Shown here: one piece after another, positions 9,363 to 19,800 of the stretch
How the letters are laid out: each line of letters opens with the position of its first letter
Numbering within the stretch: position 1 is the first letter of the stretch
Origin: an uncultured virus (IMG/VR IMGVR_UViG_3300046820_002883)
Taxonomy: Duplodnaviria > Heunggongvirae > Uroviricota > Caudoviricetes
IMG/VR virus record: IMGVR_UViG_3300046820_002883
Strand: one strand, 5' to 3'
Length of the DNA stretch: 64,000 nucleotides
The notes under the pieces: generated by a model
Told to the model about the DNA's origin: nothing
Databases searched by the model: none
What the model saw: the letters and a program-made list of their open reading frames with translations, nothing else
Made by a program: the position numbers and the translations under genes

Positions 9363-9394
9363 AAATTATAAGAAATAAAAATTAAAAAACCAAA
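9363..9394 (-). promoter_or_regulatory. Bacteroidota sigmaA-like promoter (TTTG-N20-TATAATTT)
   Basis: TTTG at 9394-9391, TATAAT at 9370-9365; same architecture upstream of the SSB gene (TTTG-N20-TATATTTT) and of the gene starting at 6098. Confidence 0.5.
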
Positions 9395-9397
9395 ATT

Positions 9398-9874
9398 TTA
9401 GTAATTTAAAATAGCATTTGACACCGACATGTTTAATGTGATGTCCGTAACGTCGTCATTAGAATAGTCCAAATTACTGAAGTCTACAGTATTAATCCTA
9501 CCGTATATTGTCCAATCTGACACAACGGTTCCTACGGGGTCCAACATCTGAAGTTTTAGAACAATTGGGTCGTAAATTGACTCGTCAACCATTAATTCAT
9601 AAATTCTTCGTGACATAGATGGCTCAATAGGGTCGTATAAAACAAAAGACATGTCATCCCAAGACGAAACATTATTGTGCATAACGTTTGTTGGTCTTGA
9701 TGCCATTCTAACATAATATTGGGGGATGTCAAAGGATTGAGGAAACGTTACCAAAAATCTATTGACTCTCATCGGTTCGAAAACCGGAATCCTATTTTGT
9801 TGTTGGTTTGGTGTTTCATCACTAACTTGTTGGGGTTGGTTTGTAAATCCTCTAAGTAGTTTGAATTTGGACAT
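9398..9874 (-). CDS. Tail tube protein-like (T4 gp19 family) paralogue
   Basis: FEPMRVNRFLVTF, LYDPIEPS, LQMLDPVGTVVSDW, FSNLDYS motifs typical of myovirus tube proteins. Confidence 0.8.
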   Translation of the reverse strand: MSKFKLLRGFTNQPQQVSDETPNQQQNRIPVFEPMRVNRFLVTFPQSFDIPQYYVRMASRPTNVMHNNVSSWDDMSFVLYDPIEPSMSRRIYELMVDESIYDPIVLKLQMLDPVGTVVSDWTIYGRINTVDFSNLDYSNDDVTDITLNMSVSNAILNY

Positions 9875-10479
9875 TACTTTTCAGTGCTTTTTTGCATATT
9901 AACATAACCAATAACCGCCGTTGCCGCATCACTCATGTCGTAATTCTCTTTTTTTAAGTTACCGGTTTTACCGTATAACCATTTTACTTCAGGACAAACA
10001 GTATTAACGTTTTCCCAAATGATATGTTTCTTATCGATATCTTTTGGTAAACCTCCAAACAGTACATTCTTACCTTTATCGTTTTTACCAACTAAACTTG
10101 GAAACGCAAATTTTCTTGCGTTGTAGGTCGAGATAAAAGTCGGAACAATACCTAAGATTTCATAACATGATTTTAAAATCATGGTGTTATATCTAAGTAG
10201 AGTTCCTACAGTGTAGATGTTATTTGAATTTAATAGTGGTTCTTCAATTACTACCTTGGTGATACCGACATCCCTGTAGTTCTCCATATGTATTCTGAAA
10301 GCATCCGCTTTCTTCAACATCTCTTCGATTTTGTCTTCAGGTTGTGGTTTTATCTTAGGTGAGAAATGTGTCAATTCTAATAATTTAGAAGAATTAACAT
10401 CAAATAGCGCCCATCCGATGGTCTTTGTTGAAATATCCAACCCCAAAATTTTGGGTGTATTCTTTAGTTTTGTGCTCAT
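9874..10479 (-). CDS. ruvC: RuvC-like Holliday junction resolvase
   Basis: ILGLDISTKTIG, VVIEE, DMSDA acidic catalytic motifs. Confidence 0.88.
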   Translation of the reverse strand: MSTKLKNTPKILGLDISTKTIGWALFDVNSSKLLELTHFSPKIKPQPEDKIEEMLKKADAFRIHMENYRDVGITKVVIEEPLLNSNNIYTVGTLLRYNTMILKSCYEILGIVPTFISTYNARKFAFPSLVGKNDKGKNVLFGGLPKDIDKKHIIWENVNTVCPEVKWLYGKTGNLKKENYDMSDAATAVIGYVNMQKSTEK

Positions 10480-10518
10480 ATAAGAATATATAACGCATAT
10501 TTTGGTAAAAGTAAAGAC

Positions 10519-12668
10519 TTAGAAATCTAATTTCATGGCAAACACCTGTGTACCTGTTCTTTTAATTGGATAAGATGTTTTACCGATAACCAAAACTTCC
10601 TTATTTGAGTTCAATAACGCGACTTCTGTGATTCTTTTATCTTGACCTGTAGTGTATGTTGGATTCTGAGTAACATTGAATTGACTTGCGGGTAAATTAA
10701 CCATGTAGTTCATTTTTTCAATATCAGTTGCTCTTACCAATCTAATACTTCCGGGAAATGGTTGTTCATCACCAAATTGAGGTGCTGTTGAAGGTTCGTT
10801 TGGAATTGGTCCTAAGAAAGTCTCCAAATCAAAGATTGTTGTGTCGTTTTCAAACATATTAAAGTCCACCATAAATGCATAATCCACAATGTTTGCTGGG
10901 TCAATTAAATCACCAACGGTATGGTTTGGAATATACGATGTCATGTCTAACAATTTCCATTGTGTATGGTTAGGTAATTCACCGACATCCGTCACTTGTA
11001 TTAAGAATTGTAACTGATTTGCTATGAAACCGTTTGCAGCATCGCATGTTTCGTTTGTTGACAACATATTTGTGAAATAACCGTCACCAAATTTAACATA
11101 AAGATTAGAAGGTATTTGGTAATATGTACTTCCTGTCGTTGTTTCAAACTTGGTATAATAATTACATGGTAAACCGTTTAATTGAGTGTCACCTGAGTAA
11201 TTGAATAGGTAAGTAACCCAAACGGTTTCAGATGTTGAACCTGAATAGAATGATTGATTAGATGGTGCATTACTTGGAATCAAATTAACTTTTGGTGAAG
11301 GTAATGTATACTTCCTATTTGATTTATAATCAAGTGCCGCAACCAATTCTTGGTCATCAATTACGATTGTTTTGTTGTTTGTGAAAATCTTACCAATCTT
11401 ATATCCGTTTTCATCTAAAAGATATCTGAATTTAATTTGTTGACTGGCATTGATACTTGATTTTACATAATAATCGGTAGTGTCCATGGTAAATAAAGCA
11501 CCAATTGTTGTACCGGTACTTCTGTGATATTGAATAAATGGAATATAAACTTCAAAGTACTCTAAATCGGTAATTGTGTTACCAATTTCATCTTCTAACA
11601 ATGCCTGTGCTTCGTTATTATTGGTACTAATGTAATCATCGTATTTAAAGAATCTTTCGGGGTCATTTCTTAAATCACCTAACTCAGAATAATGAATAAT
11701 AGCAAGACATCTTTGTTCTTCAGGGGTAACATCAACAACTTCATTATATGAGTTAAGATATGATGTTGGGTGACTAATTGTTGCACCTGTTAGATTTACA
11801 AATGTTTGACCACTTGATGTTGTATAACCCAAATATTGTTTAGTTGACACATGTTTGTTTGATGTAAAACCTGAAAGATTTTCATCTAAACCGTTAACAT
11901 CAAATCCAATTGGTTTATCGTCCCAAACAACATTCATTGTCCATGAATTTAATTGTTGTGATGGGTCAATTTCCGCAGATTTACAATTAGGGTTAAATTG
12001 AACAGAAACAGGATATTCATTTTCACATGAATTACAAACAACTTGAGCAATACCATCACAAGAACTAAAATCAGGAGTGTTTCTATCAACATAAAGTGTG
12101 TTTCCTGTGATTCCTGTAATTCTATAAATTAAACTTGAACATTGTCCTGTAATAACCGGATGATTTGGGTCATTTCCACAAAATCCACCAAATACTAACG
12201 TAATGAATTCACAATCACTAAAACTTGAACCTGTCGGTACAATAATTTCATTGTTACCTATAATATCAGATAATAAAATACCTTGAGTTTCACATTCAAC
12301 CGACGTTCCTGTACAATTAGCCGAATCGTATTCAACATATTGTGTAACGAAACCCGCAGGTCCCATTACATTTCTTAATGTATCGGTTGTTTCCATATCA
12401 ATAGGAATACCGTATACTGTTGTTGTATCGTTAGTGTCTAATTTATATGGGTATTTTACACCACCTTCTCTATCGAATGGTGCAAAAACTGATTGGTGTG
12501 GTTTACCGTTTAAACGGTAAAATTGTCAAAAGGCGCTGTGTAATCAAATTCGGAATCTCCTATCTGAAAATAAGCAATGTTAAAATTACCTTTCGCAATA
12601 GAATTTCTACCTTTTTGGGTAATCCTTACGGATAAAAATTCTGAATTGTTATTACTTAAAAAGCTCAT
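10519..12668 (-). CDS. Baseplate/tail-fibre attachment protein (tail-collar DUF3751-like N- and C-halves); frameshifted at ~12515, long ORF is 10519-12396
   Basis: 5' fragment 12668-12510 (MSFL..ITQKGRNSIAKGNFNIAYFQIGDSE..) follows a TATTTAT motif; one extra base joins it to the 625-aa ORF (716 aa total), which ends ITEVALLNSNKEVLVIGKTSYPIKR..KLDF. Confidence 0.75.
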
Positions 12669-12709
12669 AGTTTATATTATAAATATTTTATTCAATGTTA
12701 TCAAGTTTA

Positions 12710-15118
12710 TTACATACATCCTCCGGAACCTGTCATTGGTACAATTGTGTAATTAGTTCCAAGTGATGGTGGTGGTACTGATGAGTCCGCCCATGCCACA
12801 CTAATTGAACCATAGTAAATTGGTAACGTACAAATACATCCTTGTTGTCCCGTGGCTAAAACGAATGTTTGTGAATCACCACTACAATCATTATATGTGA
12901 ATCTTATTGAATCTGTACCGTTTGGATTTCCTCCTGATGGTGTTGTATTTTCAACATCATAACAAGAACATGGGTTTGTTGAAGTTGGTGTTGGTGTAAG
13001 AGATTGTGTAACTGCTGGAGTTGCGGTAGGAGTAACAGATTGTGTAACTGCTGGAGTTCCACCCGGTGTTGATGTAGGAGTAACGGCAGGTGTTCCTGAA
13101 GGTGTAACCGCCGGTGTTCCTGCTGGTGTTCCTGTTGGTGTTGGGGAAGTGGTAGGTGTAACTGTAGGAGTAAGTGTTATAGTTGGAGTAACTGTCGGAG
13201 TAACTGTTTTTGTTGGAGTAACTGTAGGAGTAGATGTAGGTGGTGCTCCACAACATTCATCAGAACTATCACAACAATCATCAAGATTTATTCGATAAGT
13301 ATTTTCACAACATCCACTACACGATAGTTTTACATAAATTTCTAAAAGACTTGCACTTATCCCCGTTAAACTACATGATTGTCCCGTTCCCATGTTTGTA
13401 CAATATGTGGAACCTGTAATATTTGTTGGGGTTGTTCCAGTATAAACATCACAATCAGTATGAATTGAACCTGAGTTAAAGTTAATCAAAACACTTTTTG
13501 GTGTTACAGTATCTCTAACACAAGCACCTTGACTTGGTGATACTGTTGGTGTAATTGTGATGGTTGGAGTTATAGTTGGTGTAGGTGTAACAGATTGTGT
13601 AATTGTTGGTGTGACTGTTGGTGTAACAGATTGTGTGACCGCAGGTGTTCCACCCGGTGTTCCTGTTGGTGTTCCTGAAGGTGTTATTGCCGGTGTTCCT
13701 GAAGGTGTTATTGCCGGTGTTCCTGTTGGTGTTACAGATTGTGTAACCGCAGGAGTACCTGTTGGTGTAACTGATTGTGTAACCGCAGGAGTACCTGTTG
13801 GTGTAACTGATTGTGTAACCGCTGGTGTTCCACCCGGTGTTCCTGTTGGTGATGGTGTGGTTGTTATTGAAGGGGTTGAGGTAGGTGTAACTGACTGAGT
13901 AACTGCGGGAGTTGCCGTAGGTGTAACTGACTGAGTAACTGCAGGTGTTGCAGTAGGTGTGACTGACTGAGTAATTGATGGTGTCCCTGTTGGTGTTGAT
14001 GTTGGTGTGACTGACTGAGTAACTGCGGGAGTTGCTGTAGGTGTAACAGATTGTGTAATTGTTGGTGTGACTGTTGGTGTAACAGATTGTGTAACCGCCG
14101 GTGTTCCTGTAGGGGTTACGGATTGTGTAATTGTTGGTGTTACTGTTGGGGTTACACTATTTGTTGGTGTAATGGTTGGAGTTATTGTTGGTGTTGATGA
14201 TGGTGTCTTAGTAGGTGTGGGGGTTGGTGATGTGATAGAATCACAGTTTTGATTATCCGCACAACCACCATTTGCAAAAACGGAAATGTTAGTCGGGTCA
14301 CTAAATGTTATTGTTTGATTGTCAAAACATACACATTGGTAAACCGTACCCAATGGAGGAATTGTCCCCGTAATTTGGAGTTGGTTATAACAGTCGGTAT
14401 ATGAATATGTAATTGTGGTACCATCAGTACTAACAATTCTTTTACATACACAATCAGTACATAATGTTTGTGGTGTGGTAGTTGGAGTTGGTGTTGGTGT
14501 AACTGACTGAGTAACCGCAGGTGTTCCTGTTGGTGTGACTGAAGGTGTAATTGCTGGTGTTTGTGGGGGGTTTAATGTTATTGTTGGTGTGGGTGTTGGT
14601 GTTATGGTAGGTGTAGGTGTTGGAGTTGGGTCAGGACATTCACCCGTACAAACACCACCTTGTACCAATTCACCACCTTCATATGATGGAGTTTCAAATG
14701 CACAAAATTTATAACTCGTTAAAGGCGAGACCGGTATATTTTGAACGTCACCATTACAGTCAACATAATCAACAGTTAGTGTATTGGTGGGGTCATTATT
14801 ATAAAAATACCAACAATAACAAATTTGTGGCGTAGGAGTGGGTGTTGGAGTAGGGGTTGGGGTTGCTTGTGTTTCTTCACAATTACCATCAGGTACAATA
14901 TTAATATTTGTACCATTCAGGTTCGTTATTCCCGCGCCTTGACCATCATCACCAACGCACGGATAAAAAGTTGGTGCTAAACCGTTTAACCTTATGTTGG
15001 TACCAATAGGAATACTGATGGGTCCAACCGGTGTGGAGGTACAATCAATGTATGATATACTACACGGTACAGGATTACCCGCGAGACAGTAAACACCGTA
15101 TTTAAAACAACCTGCCAT
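12710..15118 (-). CDS. Cys-rich, Pro/Thr-repeat (mucin-like) putative virion fibre/adhesin, 802 aa
   Basis: Cys-rich modules alternating with TPTPT and TPAVTQSVTPT blocks; lies in the structural cluster. Confidence 0.85.
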   Translation of the reverse strand: MAGCFKYGVYCLAGNPVPCSISYIDCTSTPVGPISIPIGTNIRLNGLAPTFYPCVGDDGQGAGITNLNGTNINIVPDGNCEETQATPTPTPTPTPTPQICYCWYFYNNDPTNTLTVDYVDCNGDVQNIPVSPLTSYKFCAFETPSYEGGELVQGGVCTGECPDPTPTPTPTITPTPTPTITLNPPQTPAITPSVTPTGTPAVTQSVTPTPTPTTTPQTLCTDCVCKRIVSTDGTTITYSYTDCYNQLQITGTIPPLGTVYQCVCFDNQTITFSDPTNISVFANGGCADNQNCDSITSPTPTPTKTPSSTPTITPTITPTNSVTPTVTPTITQSVTPTGTPAVTQSVTPTVTPTITQSVTPTATPAVTQSVTPTSTPTGTPSITQSVTPTATPAVTQSVTPTATPAVTQSVTPTSTPSITTTPSPTGTPGGTPAVTQSVTPTGTPAVTQSVTPTGTPAVTQSVTPTGTPAITPSGTPAITPSGTPTGTPGGTPAVTQSVTPTVTPTITQSVTPTPTITPTITITPTVSPSQGACVRDTVTPKSVLINFNSGSIHTDCDVYTGTTPTNITGSTYCTNMGTGQSCSLTGISASLLEIYVKLSCSGCCENTYRINLDDCCDSSDECCGAPPTSTPTVTPTKTVTPTVTPTITLTPTVTPTTSPTPTGTPAGTPAVTPSGTPAVTPTSTPGGTPAVTQSVTPTATPAVTQSLTPTPTSTNPCSCYDVENTTPSGGNPNGTDSIRFTYNDCSGDSQTFVLATGQQGCICTLPIYYGSISVAWADSSVPPPSLGTNYTIVPMTGSGGCM

Positions 15119-15150
15119 TTATTATTTTATATTCTTTTTTTTTCATTTTA

Positions 15151-15888
15151 TTAACATCCACTTCCAACTACACCCAAATCGTTTGGTGTTCCGGTTATTA
15201 CATCATATATATGTCCTGATTGTTGAAAGAATCCTGACCATGTTGTTGTCAATGAGGTGGTTGTGTAGATTACGGTACTTGGGTCTGTAATTGACGTTAC
15301 ACTCGGTAAAGTATAAACCGTTACACTATAACTACTGTAACAACCTAATACTCCGGCACATGTACTATTACAGGCCAGTAAGTTCCAAGATTTATACCCA
15401 ATACTGGGTGTTGGAGTAGGGGTTTTTGTTGGTGTTGGTGTACGAGTTGGTGTTACAGTTGGTGTACGAGTTGGAGTAGGGGTTTTTGTTGGTGTAGGGG
15501 TTTTTGTTGGTGTTGGTGTACGAGTTGGTGTTACAGTTGGTGTACGAGTTGGGGTAGGGGTTTTTGTTGGTGTAGGGGTTTTTGTTGGTGTAGGTGTCGG
15601 ACTTACCGGTATTAATACACAATCAGAACATCTTAAATCAATGAGTGACATTTTATAACTGTCAATTTCACAATGTTTAATAAAAACAAAAACTGAAGTT
15701 ATTGAACTTTCAGCATTTAATTGAAATGAATATGTTGTTCCCGTTATTGGAATTAATGAGTTATTCCCATTAATGTAATTGGCGTTACTAATATTTGAGG
15801 TTAACCCCGTATAAATATAATATCCACTGCAAGGTGTTAAACCAGCAAAGTTCGATATCGTTACATTATATGTTTTTATTAACGCCAT
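15151..15888 (-). CDS. Two-domain protein with TPT(K/R) linker, putative virion fibre component
   Basis: 245 aa; TATTTAT motif at 15894-15900. Confidence 0.85.
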   Translation of the reverse strand: MALIKTYNVTISNFAGLTPCSGYYIYTGLTSNISNANYINGNNSLIPITGTTYSFQLNAESSITSVFVFIKHCEIDSYKMSLIDLRCSDCVLIPVSPTPTPTKTPTPTKTPTPTRTPTVTPTRTPTPTKTPTPTKTPTPTRTPTVTPTRTPTPTKTPTPTPSIGYKSWNLLACNSTCAGVLGCYSSYSVTVYTLPSVTSITDPSTVIYTTTSLTTTWSGFFQQSGHIYDVITGTPNDLGVVGSGC

Positions 15889-15954
15889 ATACCATAAATA
15901 TAAAAATTATGGTTTTAAAATAAAGTCTAAAGAATTTTATTTAAAAAAGAAGAA

Positions 15955-16821
15955 TTAACAAGAGATTATATCGATTTGTAAAGTGGTTGTACCCGATGGT
16001 ATAGTGTAGTTATACACGGGTATTTGTGATAAAGAACTACCTGAATTGGTATATACACTCACCCCATTTCTTATGATATCATAAGAAATTCCCGCAGGTC
16101 CATATGATGTACATCCAGCACCTGTTGTGGATTCAAATAAAGAAATATTAATTACATCACCAACAGATACAGTTGTTGACCCATTTGTGGTCCCAACTGA
16201 TTGTGTAAAACTAACGGTAAAGAATGTTGTACCATTTTTCTTCAACGTACCCGATGTTTTGGCACAAACATCACATTTATCGTAGGAATATGATAGGGTG
16301 AATGTACTTGATAAGGATGTTGTTGGGGTCGGAGTAGGGGTTTTTGTTGGTGTTGGTGTACGAGTTGGAGTAACAGATGGTGTACGGGTTGGTGTTACAG
16401 TTGGTGTACGAGTTGGAGTAGGGGTTTTTGTTGGTGTTGGTGTACGAGTTGGTGTTACAGTTGGTGTACGAGTTGGAGTAGGGGTTTTTGTTGGTGTAGG
16501 GGTTGGGGTACCGTCAAGATAAGAACCTGTACAATTTGAATCAACATCAAAACACATTGTATTATAACATGGATATGCATTAGTATCGTGAGTGTAGATA
16601 TTTTTAATAATGTATCTACCTGTTGTTTGGTCGGTCATTTTAACCCAATATTGGGTATTAAAACTTAAACCACTAATTGTTACTTCATTTGAAGTTAAAC
16701 CTGTATTGAACAAGGTGAACGTTGAATCGGTCGTTTCAGGATATGGTGACGCTCCGGTCTTATACCTTAAAGTATATGGTCCGTCAAAAACAATATTGTA
16801 TAATTTTACATTTAATCCCAT
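15955..16821 (-). CDS. FN3-like domain + TPT(K/R) linker + beta domain, putative virion fibre component
   Basis: 288 aa; [16 protein letters not shown] resembles an FN3 strand pattern; TATTTAT motif at 16831-16837. Confidence 0.85.
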   Translation of the reverse strand: MGLNVKLYNIVFDGPYTLRYKTGASPYPETTDSTFTLFNTGLTSNEVTISGLSFNTQYWVKMTDQTTGRYIIKNIYTHDTNAYPCYNTMCFDVDSNCTGSYLDGTPTPTPTKTPTPTRTPTVTPTRTPTPTKTPTPTRTPTVTPTRTPSVTPTRTPTPTKTPTPTPTTSLSSTFTLSYSYDKCDVCAKTSGTLKKNGTTFFTVSFTQSVGTTNGSTTVSVGDVINISLFESTTGAGCTSYGPAGISYDIIRNGVSVYTNSGSSLSQIPVYNYTIPSGTTTLQIDIISC

Positions 16822-16857
16822 TGGTATTCTATAAATACTTTATTACTTATTTTATTA

Positions 16858-19800
16858 TTAACAATCACATCCACCGTATGTTGGATTACATTCAGTTCCG
16901 CAGTTACCAACTTGTGAAGCTGTAGAGTTCGGTGCCACCACATAATTTCCGCCTACTATTATGTATAAACCAAAGAATTGTATTGCACATTTTCGCCATG
17001 TACCAGGAGGTAATGCTTCATTTTCCCATGTACTTTGACAACATTGATAAAATGCATGTACTTGACCGTCTGATGAAGCCGCAGCGTCTGCTGGGTCAAC
17101 ATTAATTTCCCAACAGTTACACTGATTTGCGTCGGGATTACAATCACCGACCAATGAAACGGCGGCATTTCCTCCGTTCACGTTTACACTACCTACACAG
17201 GCACAAAAGTCAAGTCGATAACCAGTCGCGGCTATAATCTCGGGGGTGATAATAACTGAAGAGGATGGGTCACAACAAGTTTGGTAATCGATAGATTGTA
17301 CATTAGGAGTAATTGAATCAATTCGGTATTTTTTACAAACACATCCCGGAATTGATGGTGTTGGGGTAGGTGTTGGTGTATTAGTTGGTGTTGAAGTTGG
17401 TTGTGGTGATTCTGATGGTGGAGGTGTCGATGCTACTGTTCTTGTTGGTGTAGGTGTTGGTGTTGGTGTTATAGTACGAGTAATAGTTGGTGTAACTGTT
17501 GGTGTAACTGTTGGTGTAACTGTTGGGGTTATAGTACGAGTAATTGTTGGAGTTATCGTAGGGGTAACTGTTGGGGTTAATGTAGGTGTAGGTGTTCTTG
17601 TTGGTGTAACAGATTGTGTAACTGCAGGAGTTCCACCCGGTGTTCTGGTTGGTGTAGGTGTTACACTAGTTGTTGGGGTAATTGTTGGTGTAATTGTTGG
17701 TGTAATGGTAGGTGTTACAGTTGGTGTTATTGTTCTTGTTGGTGTAATGGTAGGAGTAATGGTTGGTGTAATAGTCGGTGTGATTGTAGGTGTGATTGTA
17801 GGTGTGATTGTTCTTGTCGGTGTAATTGTGGGAGTTGATGTAGGAGTTGGTGTTGGACAAGGTCTTGCAACAACACATTCATTACAAGTAGCAAATGTAC
17901 CGGTTGGTGTGTAAACAGTGAGGAACGAATTAAATAAAATTACAGTTGCGTTACTATAACAAAATCCATTAATTACATATGCAAATGATGGGTTAGCAAT
18001 TATGGCATTAAAATCGGCCTGTGTTACGTTAAATTCAAAACCATCAGGACTACAACAACTAACCATTCTTATCGAAACATAAACAGTTGTTGGTGTTACC
18101 GTAGGAGTAACGCTAGTTGTAGGTGTAATTGTAGGTGTAATTGTAGGTGTTCTAGTCGGTGTTACTGTTGGAGTGATAGTCGGTGTTACCGAAGTAGTCG
18201 GTGTAATGGTAGGTGTTATTGTTGGAGTTACTGTGGGAGTTATAGTTGGAGTAACCGATGGGGTAACAGCGGGAGTACCTGTTGGGGTAATGGTTGGTGT
18301 AATGGTTGGTGTTACAGAATTTGTTGGGGTAATGGTTGGAGTAATGGTCGGTGTGATGGTAGGTGTTACCGTTGGAGTAACTGAAGTAGTTGGTGTGATT
18401 GTGGGGGTAATGGTTGGAGTTATTGTCGGAGTTCTAGTTGGAGTAATGGTTGGTGTAACTGATGTGGTTGGAGTTATAGTTGGTGTAATAGTCGGAGTAA
18501 CGGTAGGAGTTACTGTTGGCGTAATAGTAGGAGTTACTGATGTAGTTGGCGTAATAGTAGGAGTTACAGTTGGAGTAATTGTAGGAGTTACTGTTGGCGT
18601 AATAGTAGGAGTTACTGATGTAGTTGGCGTAATAGTAGGAGTTACAGTTGGAGTAATTGTAGGAGTTACTGTTGGCGTAATAGTTGGAGTTACTGAAGTT
18701 GTTGGGGTAATGGTCGGTGTGATTGTAGGGGTAATTGTTGGTGTTTGAGTCGGTGTCAACGTTGGAGTTACAGAAGTTGTTGGTGTAATCGTTGGTGTTA
18801 CTGTTGCGGTTCTAGTTGGAGTTACTGACGGTGTAATTGTCGGTGTAACTGATGTTGTTGGTGTTATAGTAGGGGTAATAGTAGGAGTTACTGTCGGGGT
18901 AATAGTTGGTGTGATAGTAGGAGTTACCGATGTTGTTGGAGTTATAGTTGGAGTGACTGTTGGTGTAACTGTAGGGGTAATAGTAGGAGTTACTGTTGGT
19001 GTAACTGATGTTGTTGGTGTAATAGTAGGTGTAACCGTTGGTGTTATGGTTGGTGTTACTGACGGTGTGATGGTAGGAGTCACTGATGTTGTTGGTGTGA
19101 TGGTAGGAGTGACTGTTGGGGTAATAGTCGGTGTTATAGTAGGTGTAACCGAAGTCGTTGGGGTAATGGTAGGTGTGATTGTGGGTGTTACGGTTGGTGT
19201 AACAGATGTAGTTGGTGTTATAGTTGGAGTAATGGTTGGTGTTATTGTGGGTGTTACGGTTGGTGTAACAGATGTAGTTGGTGTTATCGTTGGGGTAATG
19301 GTTGGTGTTATTGTGGGTGTTACGGTTGGTGTAACAGATGTAGTTGGTGTTATCGTTGGGGTAATGGTTGGAGTAACTGTAGGGGTAACTGTAGGTGTAA
19401 CAGATGTAGTTGGTGTAATAGTTGGAGTGACTGTTGGTGTAACTGTTGCAGTTCTAGTTGGGGTAATTGTTGGTGTTACAGAAGTTGTTGGGGTTATTGT
19501 AGGTGTAATAGTTGGTGTGACTGTAGGGGTAACTGTAGGTGTTACTGTAGGAGTAACTGAGGTAGTTGGCGTTACAGATGTGGTTGGGGTTATAGTCGGA
19601 GTAACTGTTGCAGTTATAGTTGGAGTTACAGTAGGTGTAACTGAGGTTGTAGGAGTAATGGTTGGGGTGATGGTAGGTGTTACAGTTGGTGTTACTGTTG
19701 GTGTGACTGAGGTTGTAGGTGTAATGGTAGGAGTAATGGTTGGTGTTACGGTAGGGGTAATAGTTGGTGTTATAGTTGGAGTAACTGAGGTAGTGGGTGT

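Noticed and set aside
7450..10479. Cas4-like nuclease plus RuvC protein as a CRISPR/OMEGA-type effector locus
   Set aside because: Both look like ordinary phage recombination enzymes; the RuvC is a short stand-alone resolvase without TnpB/IscB features, and there is no array
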